From the IMG/VR virus record IMGVR_UViG_3300031787_000117, positions 1 through 62,292 of that record: a DNA stretch of 62,292 bases; one strand, given 5' to 3'. Shown piece after piece: positions 35,651 through 43,765 of this stretch. The translations under genes and the position numbers were made by a program. Below the pieces are notes generated by a model. The model did not search any database and was not told where the DNA came from. It was given only the letters and a program-made list of their open reading frames with translations. Source of the stretch: a virus (lineage: Duplodnaviria > Caudoviricetes). The stretch's first letter is position 1. Every line of letters starts with the position of its first letter.

Positions 35651-37117
35651 ATGCTGACGTTGCGAGACTACCAAAACGAAACTTTGGAGGCGCTGCGCCA
35701 GGGGTTTGCGGATGGATCTCGAGCGCAGATTCTGTACGCGCCGACCGGGGCTGGAAAGACAGAAATGGCGATAGCTTTGCTTTCTGCTGTTTTGTCCAAA
35801 GGCAACCGGGCGGCGATGATCCTTGATCGGGTGATCCTGTGTGATCAGACCAGTCAGAGACTACAGAAGTACCAGATCAACCACGGCGTACTGCAGGCTG
35901 GGCATTGGCGATATAGACCCAGTGAGCACATTCAGGTTTGTTCTGCGCAGACTCTCGAGCGTCGGGGATCTTTTCCTGGTTTGAACTTGATGATCGTTGA
36001 TGAATGTCACGCAATGCGTGGGCAGACCATCGAGTTCATCAAGAACAATCCGAGCGTACGGGTTGTCGGGCTGACCGCGACACCGTTTACCAAAGGGCTG
36101 GGGCGGACATACGACAACGTGATCTCGACGGTCACGACTGCGCAGTTGGTTGAGAAGAAAGTCCTGGTGCCGCTGCGGGTGTTCATAGCCAAGCAAATCG
36201 ACATGACGGGGGCAAAGAAGGTCGCGGGTGAATGGTCCCAGGTGGAGGCGTCTACTCGAGGGAAAGTCATCACCGGGGATATCGTTCAGGAATGGGTATC
36301 CAAAACGGCTGAGATCTTTGGAGGGCCGCGTAAGACGATTGTGTTTTGTTCTGGCGTGAACCACGGGGCGCATTTGGCCAGCAAGTTTGCTGAGCAGGGA
36401 TTCAACTTTATTGCGATCAGTTACCGGGATGACGATGACTACAAGCGTCAGGTCATCGAAGAGTTTTCTAAACCGGACACAAACATCCACGGGCTGATCG
36501 CGACGGACGTTTTGACCAAAGGGTTTGACGTGCCGGATGTGATGGTTGGCATATCTGCCAGACCCTTTAGCAAATCTCTGTCGTCTCACATCCAGCAGAT
36601 GGGCAGGGTGATGCGAGGGTATGAGGGTAAAGAGTTTGCGCTATGGCTTGATCACAGCGGCAACTACTTACGCTTTCAGGAAGACTGGGATGACATCTAT
36701 CAGAACGGCGTAAGCAAACTGGATGATGGCCGGGAGAAACCTAAACAAGAGCCGACAGAGAAGGAAAAGAAAGAGTCGCAGTGTCCGGCGTGTCACGCGT
36801 TGTGGGATCCAAAGTCGGACATTTGTGCGCACTGCGGATACGTCAGGCCGCGGAAGAGCCTAGTGGTTGAGGTTCCTGGCCAGATGGAGGAACTGAGGAG
36901 CCGGCAGATCGGCCAGCTAAGCAAGCAGGATTGGTGGTCGATGCTGTATTACAACGTTGTGTACAAAGGATGGAGCAGGGGTCGTGCGTCGCACACTTTT
37001 AAAGAAAAGTTTGGGCACTGGCCGAATGGTTTGCAGGATAAACCGGTGACTCCCAACAAAGAGGTGGATGGGTTTATCAAACACCGGCTGATCAAGTACC
37101 TGCGGAGCAAGCGATGA
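35651..37117 (+). CDS. SF2 DExH helicase with C-terminal Zn ribbon
   Basis: LRDYQ, APTGAGKT, VDECH, LTATP, QQMGRVMR, CPAC..CAHC. Confidence 0.93.
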   Translation: MLTLRDYQNETLEALRQGFADGSRAQILYAPTGAGKTEMAIALLSAVLSKGNRAAMILDRVILCDQTSQRLQKYQINHGVLQAGHWRYRPSEHIQVCSAQTLERRGSFPGLNLMIVDECHAMRGQTIEFIKNNPSVRVVGLTATPFTKGLGRTYDNVISTVTTAQLVEKKVLVPLRVFIAKQIDMTGAKKVAGEWSQVEASTRGKVITGDIVQEWVSKTAEIFGGPRKTIVFCSGVNHGAHLASKFAEQGFNFIAISYRDDDDYKRQVIEEFSKPDTNIHGLIATDVLTKGFDVPDVMVGISARPFSKSLSSHIQQMGRVMRGYEGKEFALWLDHSGNYLRFQEDWDDIYQNGVSKLDDGREKPKQEPTEKEKKESQCPACHALWDPKSDICAHCGYVRPRKSLVVEVPGQMEELRSRQIGQLSKQDWWSMLYYNVVYKGWSRGRASHTFKEKFGHWPNGLQDKPVTPNKEVDGFIKHRLIKYLRSKR

Positions 37118-37938
37118 ACTTTCTGGATTTCTGTCGGCTGCACGGCATCCTGATCGACTACCTTCCCCCCGTGGGGGTATGGCGTAGGTATGCGACGGAA
37201 GACCATCCAAAGAAGCGTAACGGGGCAGTGAAGTACATGGGTGATCATGGCTTCGTTCAGAACCATGCCACTGAAACGTCGGTATCGGTATGGCAGTCAG
37301 ATAAACCGGCTGATATCAAAACGCAGATAGAACGCAGGCAAAACGCAGGCAAAACGCAGGCTGATCAAGAGAAAGCAGCCCAGAAAGCAGCCTGGATTAT
37401 CAGCAAGGCAGTCATGCATGAGCACGATTACCTATTCCAGAAGGGCTTGAAAACCGAGCGGGGTCTGGTTTGGCAAACCGATAACGCGGTGTTGTTGGTT
37501 GTGCCGATGAAAGTAGATGGCCGGCTGGTCGGTTGCCAGTTGATCTCACCGGATGGTCAAAAGAAGTTTTTGACCGGGCAGCGCACCAGCGAAGCGGAGT
37601 TTGTGATGGACGCCAGGGGTCAGCACATCCTGGTGGAGGGGTACGTCACTGGGATTGCTGTCCGGATGATCTGTGAGGCCCTGAAGATTCCCTATCGGAT
37701 CCATGTCTGTTTCAGTGCTGGGAATCTAGCCAAGATCGCCAGGAAGTTACCCGCGGGGGTGGTGATCGCGGACAACGATGAGTCGGGTACGGGGGAGAGG
37801 GTAGCCAGGGAAACCGGCTGGCCTTACTGGATGAGCGAAGTCGTGGGAGAAGATGCCCATGACGCGTGGCGTCGGCTGGGCACCTTCAAGCTTTCACAGG
37901 CTATGCGCCTGTGCCTTTTGCGTCAGCGTCGGGCCTGA
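37114..37938 (+). CDS. Toprim-domain primase
   Basis: CQLISPDGQKKFL, LVEGYVTG, CFSAGNL, IADNDESGTG, DAHD. Confidence 0.85.
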   Translation: MNFLDFCRLHGILIDYLPPVGVWRRYATEDHPKKRNGAVKYMGDHGFVQNHATETSVSVWQSDKPADIKTQIERRQNAGKTQADQEKAAQKAAWIISKAVMHEHDYLFQKGLKTERGLVWQTDNAVLLVVPMKVDGRLVGCQLISPDGQKKFLTGQRTSEAEFVMDARGQHILVEGYVTGIAVRMICEALKIPYRIHVCFSAGNLAKIARKLPAGVVIADNDESGTGERVARETGWPYWMSEVVGEDAHDAWRRLGTFKLSQAMRLCLLRQRRA

Positions 37939-38105
37939 TGTTTCAATAGTTCCTCCTCGTCTGCCTCGATGTCGCGTGTGCCGATGGTCTGGTAAAACTT
38001 CCATTTGGCCACGATAGCGGGGTCTTCGGCGGGACTAGTCCAACCGTGCTCGCGCCATGTTTCCTGAACGTCGGTGTGTTTCTTGTAGCGGATGATTGGG
38101 TCCAT
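37923..38105 (-). CDS. Small hypothetical protein
   Basis: AAGGAG RBS; MDPIIRYKKHTDVQETWREHGW. Confidence 0.65.
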   Translation of the reverse strand: MDPIIRYKKHTDVQETWREHGWTSPAEDPAIVAKWKFYQTIGTRDIEADEEELLKHQARR

Positions 38106-38119
38106 TTTTTTCTCCTTTG

Positions 38120-38740
38120 TTAAAAAACGTTGCCATGCCCTTCGCAATCGGGGCAATCCTTCCAAATATGGGTTGCACCGTCGCAGCCCTCCATCGGTCC
38201 GTACATTCCCTCTGTGATGCCTAGACTTGCCCAATGTTTAGCGCAAGTCTCGCACCCGTGGGTTGCTTGCCAGATTTCATCCGCTTCGGCTTCGACTAAC
38301 TCCAGCGCACGGTAAAACAAACGATGCAGGGTTTCGTGCAGATTGTCGCCCTCGTCTGGCGTCGCTCGTGGTAGCAGATATTCGGCGTCGCACGACACCT
38401 CGTGAATGTCGGTTGTCGTATCCACGCCTTCGACGATGCTAGACACCGAAACGGCGACGATAAGCTCGCCCCGATTCGCCATGTCTGCCCACGAACCGAG
38501 CCGATAAAGCTCATCACAATACATCCAGCGCTCGCGTTCGACCTCGTGCGGGTAATCGTCGAACCCGTCAGGCGGCAACACTTCAAAGTATCGAATGCAA
38601 AACCCAACGGAGGGACCGCAGTCTGTGTACTTGTAGATCGCTCGATACATCTCGCCCGGTCCCGCATAGTCCGCGAACGCGGCTTCAACGATGCTGTTGT
38701 CGGGGGTTTCTTGGTCATACTCTGGTGGGTAGTCGTGCAT
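38120..38740 (-). CDS. Hypothetical acidic protein with CxxC pairs
   Basis: 206 aa; YKYTDCG, CETC, CPDCEG. Confidence 0.7.
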   Translation of the reverse strand: MHDYPPEYDQETPDNSIVEAAFADYAGPGEMYRAIYKYTDCGPSVGFCIRYFEVLPPDGFDDYPHEVERERWMYCDELYRLGSWADMANRGELIVAVSVSSIVEGVDTTTDIHEVSCDAEYLLPRATPDEGDNLHETLHRLFYRALELVEAEADEIWQATHGCETCAKHWASLGITEGMYGPMEGCDGATHIWKDCPDCEGHGNVF

Positions 38741-38749
38741 AGTTGCCTC

Positions 38750-39097
38750 TCAATAGTTAAATGAAACGCTGGTGTGAATGAGTAGATCGCGGCGGCTGAT
38801 CGAGCGAACGGTTGCCCTGTGGCTAGCGCAGCCGCAGCAGTCGTATTGATGCTTGCAGCCGGTGCCGCTGATGGTGTCTTCAATTGACCGGATGATGCGC
38901 GCCTTGGCCTTGCGGTTAACGCCGGCAGGCAATCGGACGTACTGAACGTAGGTCCCGCCGTCATCGAACCCAAGGGGTTCACGGGCTGATCGCAACGGGG
39001 TGACCCGCAGGGTGGTGAGGTAGTCCCAGTCATCCCAGCCGGTCCATCCGGCGCGGTACTTGTGGGTCTTGCGCGCGTAACAGTGTAGGTCGTACAT
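38750..39097 (-). CDS. Hypothetical protein
   Basis: GGAG RBS, start MYDLHC; GCKHQYDCCGC motif. Confidence 0.7.
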   Translation of the reverse strand: MYDLHCYARKTHKYRAGWTGWDDWDYLTTLRVTPLRSAREPLGFDDGGTYVQYVRLPAGVNRKAKARIIRSIEDTISGTGCKHQYDCCGCASHRATVRSISRRDLLIHTSVSFNY

Positions 39098-39131
39098 GAG
39101 TGTCTCCAAGGGCCCCGAAGGGCCCGGTTGG

Positions 39132-39824
39132 TCAGTTGAAGTGCTTGGCCATGCGCCCGTGAACCACGATGGCCACGGAAGCTTTGCCCGGACGATCGGC
39201 ACCATCACAGGCGCGGCAGGTGATGCATTGGCGCGTGTTGCCAGCCTCCTTGGATGCTGGGCAGCGGATCTCGAGCGCGGCCAGGGGTTCGGCGGCAGAT
39301 CGAACCCGGAAGGTACGCCAGCCCAGGGATTGCGCCATCTCCAGTTCCGCCAGGGAATCGACGGAGGCCATGGTGAAGGCGCGCAGCCACTGAGCATTGG
39401 CACGGCGCCACTGGTGGGAATAGCCGGTCCACCCGTCTGCAGCCTTGACCCAATCCCAGGCGGATCGGCGGATCGCAAACGGATCGCCGTAGGAGCCCAT
39501 GCGGACGATGCGCCCAGCGACAGCAGCACGGGCCTCGTCAGGCGTCACCAGCGGGTAGGCTCCTCGCATCCAGGCGGCCCACACGTTGGCGACGGATTTG
39601 CCCACATCGACGTAGCAGAGGGACCCGCGCAGCGCGCAGTCTCCGCAGATTGCATCGTCAGCCTGGGTGCGCAGGGCCTCGATGGGGTGCATGTCAGCGC
39701 GCAGGATGTAGGTCTGAACCATCGGCCCGGTTTTGACGTTGCGGCTTTTGCTGGTGACGGCGATACCGACGATTGGGGCTCCGTTGATCGAGCTAGGTCC
39801 ATCGTAAAAAACGAATCCGGTCAT
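39132..39824 (-). CDS. Cys-rich gp88-like / degenerate radical-SAM-like protein
   Basis: SRNVKTG, ICGDC..CYV, VRMGSYGDP, WTGYSHQW, CPA...CITCRAC, HG. Confidence 0.65.
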   Translation of the reverse strand: MTGFVFYDGPSSINGAPIVGIAVTSKSRNVKTGPMVQTYILRADMHPIEALRTQADDAICGDCALRGSLCYVDVGKSVANVWAAWMRGAYPLVTPDEARAAVAGRIVRMGSYGDPFAIRRSAWDWVKAADGWTGYSHQWRRANAQWLRAFTMASVDSLAELEMAQSLGWRTFRVRSAAEPLAALEIRCPASKEAGNTRQCITCRACDGADRPGKASVAIVVHGRMAKHFN

Positions 39825-40021
39825 GTGTTGCTCCAGGTTTTGATTGCCCCGTCGATGCGGGGGGTTAGTTGTTGGGCGGCGGTATGTATGACATGAGAGG
39901 GGGCTCGGGCACGGACCCAGCCCAGGCGTGTCTTACGCTCGATCCAAGGGGCTCCGGAGCCCACCGCACGGATGCGGTAGGTCCCGGCCTGAACCGCCTC
40001 AATCAGGGCGGATACGGTCAT
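39821..40021 (-). CDS. Hypothetical protein
   Basis: 66 aa, ATGA overlaps at both ends. Confidence 0.6.
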   Translation of the reverse strand: MTVSALIEAVQAGTYRIRAVGSGAPWIERKTRLGWVRARAPSHVIHTAAQQLTPRIDGAIKTWSNT

Positions 40022-40308
40022 TCCATGTCATCCGGTACGACAAACCCGTAGGCGCGCAGCATGGCCATGGCCTCGCGGGGCAGTGCCATCACCCCGTCGT
40101 AGTCCACCAGGACACCATCCTCGTCGAACCACAGACCGATGTTCTCGAATTCTGACAAAGAGGGAATGTCCCACTCGATCATGCCGGTGCGGCGGTTGTC
40201 GGCTAGCCAGAGGGTCATGCTAGACGGATGGATCCCCAGGTCGCGGTGACCCCAGGATCCGTGCTTCAGCAGCGCGGCGGTGAAGTTGATGGTTCCGGCT
40301 TGGTTCAT
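40018..40308 (-). CDS. Hypothetical protein
   Basis: GGAG RBS; MNQAGTINF...IEWDIP...IGLWFD...LVDYDGV. Confidence 0.7.
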   Translation of the reverse strand: MNQAGTINFTAALLKHGSWGHRDLGIHPSSMTLWLADNRRTGMIEWDIPSLSEFENIGLWFDEDGVLVDYDGVMALPREAMAMLRAYGFVVPDDME

Positions 40309-40568
40309 TTTGCTCTCCAGCGGGGCATTGCCCGGACGTACGCATCGTGGTTGACGTGAATCTCGCGGAATGACACGGGCTCGCCTCGAGCGCGCAGCGC
40401 GTCCACCAGCAGGGCGGCGTCGCAATCCTCCTCGAGCCAGAGGGTGTTCCCTTCGAGGTAGGAATAGCGGCTTACCTGGGCGGTGATACCCAGGTCGTGT
40501 GCCAGGGGCAGGGGGCAGGCGACCCAGCCATGGCCAGGGTCTTGCAGGTAGGTCAGTTGCATGATCAT
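40305..40568 (-). CDS. Conserved phage protein (DPGHGW / LEEDCD family)
   Basis: QDPGHGW...SRYSY...WLEEDCDA. Confidence 0.75.
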   Translation of the reverse strand: MIMQLTYLQDPGHGWVACPLPLAHDLGITAQVSRYSYLEGNTLWLEEDCDAALLVDALRARGEPVSFREIHVNHDAYVRAMPRWRAK

Positions 40569-40840
40569 TCGTCTCCAGCGGCTTTGGCGACAGCAGCACG
40601 GGCCTGTGCTGCCCATTCCGGTTCGTCGTACCCTTCGGCGTACAGGCGGTCTATTTCGTCCAGGGCAGCGTTCAGCGCGTCCAGCAGATCAGGCGCGGCA
40701 GCGATCAGGCGGGCGTCTGCTGCCAATTGTTCAGGCACTACTGCAATTGGAGTGCATTGCTCAGCCATGATGCGTCGATTGCCGTTTGCGTGTGCCTTGA
40801 TGGGGTCGATGTGCCACGGCCCCGGTGTGTGCTTGTTCAC
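40565..40840 (-). CDS. Conserved phage protein (HTPGPW family)
   Basis: KHTPGPW...ADARLIAAAPDLLDAL; AAGGAG RBS. Confidence 0.78.
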   Translation of the reverse strand: MNKHTPGPWHIDPIKAHANGNRRIMAEQCTPIAVVPEQLAADARLIAAAPDLLDALNAALDEIDRLYAEGYDEPEWAAQARAAVAKAAGDE

Positions 40841-40853
40841 TTTGTGCTCCTTC

Positions 40854-41132
40854 TTAATTGTGTGCTGTCAGCCATACCGGATCGCGAACCGTGTCGGCTG
40901 GGTGTGCGTACCAGATGCATGAGATCGGTCGGGCTTGCGTAAAACTGTCGCCCTTGAAAATGCGCCATGCGACGTACCCACGGTTGGCGCATTCGGTCGC
41001 GGCAAGTTTCCCGATGGTGTCGTGACGTAACCGTCCATCGATGATGATCACGGACCGGTCGCCCGTGCCTTCGACAATCTCGGTCGTACCGGCTGGCCAG
41101 ACTGCACGTTGATAAAACTGTGCGTAGATCAT
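40854..41132 (-). CDS. Hypothetical protein
   Basis: ACCTGGAG leader; GDRSVIIIDGR. Confidence 0.7.
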   Translation of the reverse strand: MIYAQFYQRAVWPAGTTEIVEGTGDRSVIIIDGRLRHDTIGKLAATECANRGYVAWRIFKGDSFTQARPISCIWYAHPADTVRDPVWLTAHN

Positions 41133-41172
41133 GGTGTGCTCCAGGTTGAGGGGCCCGAGGGCCCCAGGTTGA

Positions 41173-41622
41173 TCAGATCAGGGTGATGCGCGCATCGGCC
41201 AGCAGATCACGCACGGCCTCGGCGATGGCATCGGTCAGGTCCATGCTTTCCAGCGTCTCCTCGATGGCGCGGCTCAGGTCCAATTCGTCGGCATTGATGC
41301 GGCTCGTCAGGTCATCGTGTTCGAGGTAGGTGCCGATCCGTTCATCGATGGTGTGCTCCAGGTCCTCCACCGTGCCTTCTCGGGCCTCTAGGATCTCCAG
41401 GCGGTGGCAGATTGCATCCAGCCTGCCGGAATCGGTGGTGGCCATCACGCGCGCCTCCAGGGTGGTGAGACGTTCGGTCAGGTGTGAGCCAGCCGTTGCC
41501 GACCATGCGTCTAACGCACGGGTAGACGCTTCGAGTTGGGCGATGCGCTCCAGCAGCGGTTTGAGGGCCTCGTTGAGGGCTTGGGTCAGGGCGGTGTTCA
41601 GTACGGTGTTCAGGTCGATCAT
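41173..41622 (-). CDS. Coiled-coil hypothetical protein
   Basis: ACCTGGAG leader; repeated ERIAQLEA/ERLTTLEA/HRLEILEA heptads. Confidence 0.7.
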   Translation of the reverse strand: MIDLNTVLNTALTQALNEALKPLLERIAQLEASTRALDAWSATAGSHLTERLTTLEARVMATTDSGRLDAICHRLEILEAREGTVEDLEHTIDERIGTYLEHDDLTSRINADELDLSRAIEETLESMDLTDAIAEAVRDLLADARITLI

Positions 41623-41660
41623 GGTGCTCTCCAGGTTCGGGGCCCGAAGGCCCCAGGGGT

Positions 41661-42254
41661 TTAGATTCGTTCGAGGGTGACACGGGTACCGTAGTCGGAC
41701 ACGCCGATCAGGACGGTGCGCCGGCCACATTCCAGGTCAGCGACTCGGGCAGCGTCCACCGTCTCGCCGGACATCTCCGAGTAGCGCGCGACGGCCTCGG
41801 TCAGGTCTGAGTGCTGGGTGACGCGCTCGCCGTCTACGTCCGAGGTGCGTACCGCCCAGACGCCGTTCAGGATCGAGGGCAGGTTGTAGGCATTTGCCAG
41901 GGCCTCCCACGTTGCTGCCAGGGTGCCGTAGGTCTGTACCCAGCGCTCCAGGGTTGCATCGTCGACCGTTTCGGCAATCAGGTCCCAGCCCAGCGCGTAC
42001 CAGGGTCCGTTGACGCGCTCGCGGATCTGGGTCACTACGTCACGGATCGTCTCGTCGCTCTCGGGAGCGTGACGCGAGAACAGGTCGCCGAAGGTCAGCA
42101 GCAGCTTGGCCTTGTTGTCCGAGTCGGCGCGGAAGTATGCGGTCGCGATGGCGTTAGCAAACCCTCCGCCGATGCGAGCCATGTTGTGGGCAGCGGCGTG
42201 TAATTGATCGTCGGTCATGGGGATCCCCTTGCGGTTGAGTACGGTGAGTGTCAT
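41661..42254 (-). CDS. Hypothetical protein
   Basis: 197 aa; GGGFANAIATAYFRADSDNKAKL; GAGG RBS. Confidence 0.7.
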   Translation of the reverse strand: MTLTVLNRKGIPMTDDQLHAAAHNMARIGGGFANAIATAYFRADSDNKAKLLLTFGDLFSRHAPESDETIRDVVTQIRERVNGPWYALGWDLIAETVDDATLERWVQTYGTLAATWEALANAYNLPSILNGVWAVRTSDVDGERVTQHSDLTEAVARYSEMSGETVDAARVADLECGRRTVLIGVSDYGTRVTLERI

Positions 42255-42256
42255 GG

Positions 42257-42451
42257 TCAGATTCCTCGTGCGGCCACGATGCGGCCAGTCCTGGTGGTGA
42301 TGATGATCACGGCGTCAGCGGGGTAGCAGCGAGCCCAATCCAAGGCGTCCTGCAGCGTCCAGGCGCGGTGTGTCCAGCGGTGCCAGACTCCGAGGGATCC
42401 GTCCACCGCCACTACTCTGTAGGGCTGCAGCAGTCTTGCGAGGTACTTCAT
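42257..42451 (-). CDS. Hypothetical protein
   Basis: AGGAG RBS; first gene of the minus-strand early-type cluster. Confidence 0.65.
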   Translation of the reverse strand: MKYLARLLQPYRVVAVDGSLGVWHRWTHRAWTLQDALDWARCYPADAVIIITTRTGRIVAARGI

Positions 42452-42543
42452 TGTGTGCTCCTGTGTTTGGCTAAGGGAGACCCGACTCTAAACTTGTCAA
42501 GGGGGTTTTTGGGCACTTTTGGCCATGATATTTTTTAATCGGG

Positions 42544-42572
42544 TTGCAGCCCCAATAGCGTAGGGCTATGAT
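42544..42572 (+). promoter_or_regulatory. Rightward sigma70-type promoter for terS
   Basis: TTGCAG-17 nt-TATGAT. Confidence 0.6.
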
Positions 42573-42609
42573 GTACCCCACCCTTTTCCTCCGCCCGAAG
42601 GGCATCAGC

Positions 42610-43335
42610 ATGAAACGGTCACAGGTAATCGAAGCACTAGACACAATCCCCGATGCAGCACTACTAGGAGCAGCACACAAAGAGTTGACACCCAAGCAAC
42701 GCAAGTTCGCACGGGAAGTAGCAAAGGGAGCAACGAAAGCCGAGGCATACAGGAAGAGCTACAAGGCCACAGCAGCACCATCAACACTACGCAACGAACC
42801 CTATGCCCTGGCGGCTCACCCAGGCGTGGCCCGTGAGATCGAGGTTTACAAGGCGGCATTGGAGGCTCAGGAGTATCGAACCCCTGCGGCTTTGAGGGCG
42901 CTGATCGTCCAAACCCTGACGCAGACCATCCTCGATCCCGGTGTCGCGCCAGCGGTCAGAGTTCAGGCAGCGCGTGTGCTGGGCACCATAACGGAAGTGA
43001 GTGCTTTCACACATCGGACCGAGACTACTGTCATCAAGAAGAGCGATGACGCCAAGCTAGAGTTGCTGAACCAGCTAAAGACCATGATGCGCACCGTCGA
43101 TGAGAGCGGCAACAGCGATGCCGAGGCCCTGCTAACAGAGCTAGCTGGACCCCACCGTGGTGGGGAGGCCCCCGACGCGGTCGTGACGCACCGTGGCTCG
43201 ATACATAGTATTCCCCACAGTGAGTCATCAAATAACAGTGACTCACAAATTTCTGACGAATCGCAAAAGCTAGCTAGCGCGACCCCACCCCCTGCGGATA
43301 TGGAAGACCCCCCGGTAGATGTTGAACAGAAATAG
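42610..43335 (+). CDS. terS: Terminase small subunit
   Basis: LTPKQRKFAREVAKGATKAEAYRKSY HTH pattern; upstream of terL; start 42610 chosen because 42568 lies in the -10 box. Confidence 0.75.
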   Translation: MKRSQVIEALDTIPDAALLGAAHKELTPKQRKFAREVAKGATKAEAYRKSYKATAAPSTLRNEPYALAAHPGVAREIEVYKAALEAQEYRTPAALRALIVQTLTQTILDPGVAPAVRVQAARVLGTITEVSAFTHRTETTVIKKSDDAKLELLNQLKTMMRTVDESGNSDAEALLTELAGPHRGGEAPDAVVTHRGSIHSIPHSESSNNSDSQISDESQKLASATPPPADMEDPPVDVEQK

Positions 43336-43347
43336 GGGTGGGGGGGG

Positions 43348-43363
43348 GTGGCAACGTTGCCAC
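43348..43363. promoter_or_regulatory. Palindrome copy 6 (GTGGCAACGTTGCCAC)
   Basis: Intergenic, directly after the G run following the terS stop. Confidence 0.85.
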
Positions 43364-43396
43364 TTATTAACAGGTTATTCACAGAAAAGTATTGGA

Positions 43397-43702
43397 ATGA
43401 AGGATTATGTAAAACGGGTGAGGGTGAATCGGGAGATGAGGGGAGGGGGTAGTTACGAGGGGTGTATGGAGAGGATTGTGAGTCCGGCGCAGAGGGAAGT
43501 GTTTTTGATAGTGGATGAGTTTTGGAAGCGGTATGGATTTAGTCCTACGGTGAGGGAGATTGCGTATTTGAGGGGGAAGATGGGGATGAAGAATACGCAG
43601 AGGTTAGTGGATAGGTTGGTGGAGTTGGGGGTATTGAAGAAGGTTAGGAAGTTGGGAAGGACGATTAGGCCGGTGTATATCAACTTTAAGAATTTGGAAT
43701 GA
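43397..43702 (+). CDS. LexA-type winged-helix DNA-binding domain protein (no peptidase domain)
   Basis: SPAQREVF.IV..F....GFSPTVREIA...V.RLVELGVL....RTIR. Confidence 0.75.
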   Translation: MKDYVKRVRVNREMRGGGSYEGCMERIVSPAQREVFLIVDEFWKRYGFSPTVREIAYLRGKMGMKNTQRLVDRLVELGVLKKVRKLGRTIRPVYINFKNLE

Positions 43703-43765
43703 TGCGGTGCAACATTGGTTGAGATAAAAGCCCGTATTTTTTGGCACCTTTAAGAGTAGGTTGCA

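Larger units (their letters stand above)
39110..41654 (-). repeat. Three intergenic GC hairpin + RBS cassettes (39110-39125, 41150-41165, 41639-41654)
   Basis: 6-bp GC stems with TTCG/CTCG loops between a stop codon and a TGGAG RBS. Confidence 0.8.

Noticed and set aside
35861-36589. 242-aa minus-strand ORF
   Set aside because: Antisense to the well-supported helicase
39096-39896. 266-aa plus-strand ORF and long 5' extensions of minus ORFs (38750-39529, 40018-40599, 38296-39033)
   Set aside because: GC-rich shadow frames overlapping genes that have clear RBSs and motifs
42470-42500. Minus-strand TTGACA (42495-42500) as the early promoter
   Set aside because: No acceptable -10 hexamer at 16-18 nt spacing; a promoter is likely nearby but I cannot place it
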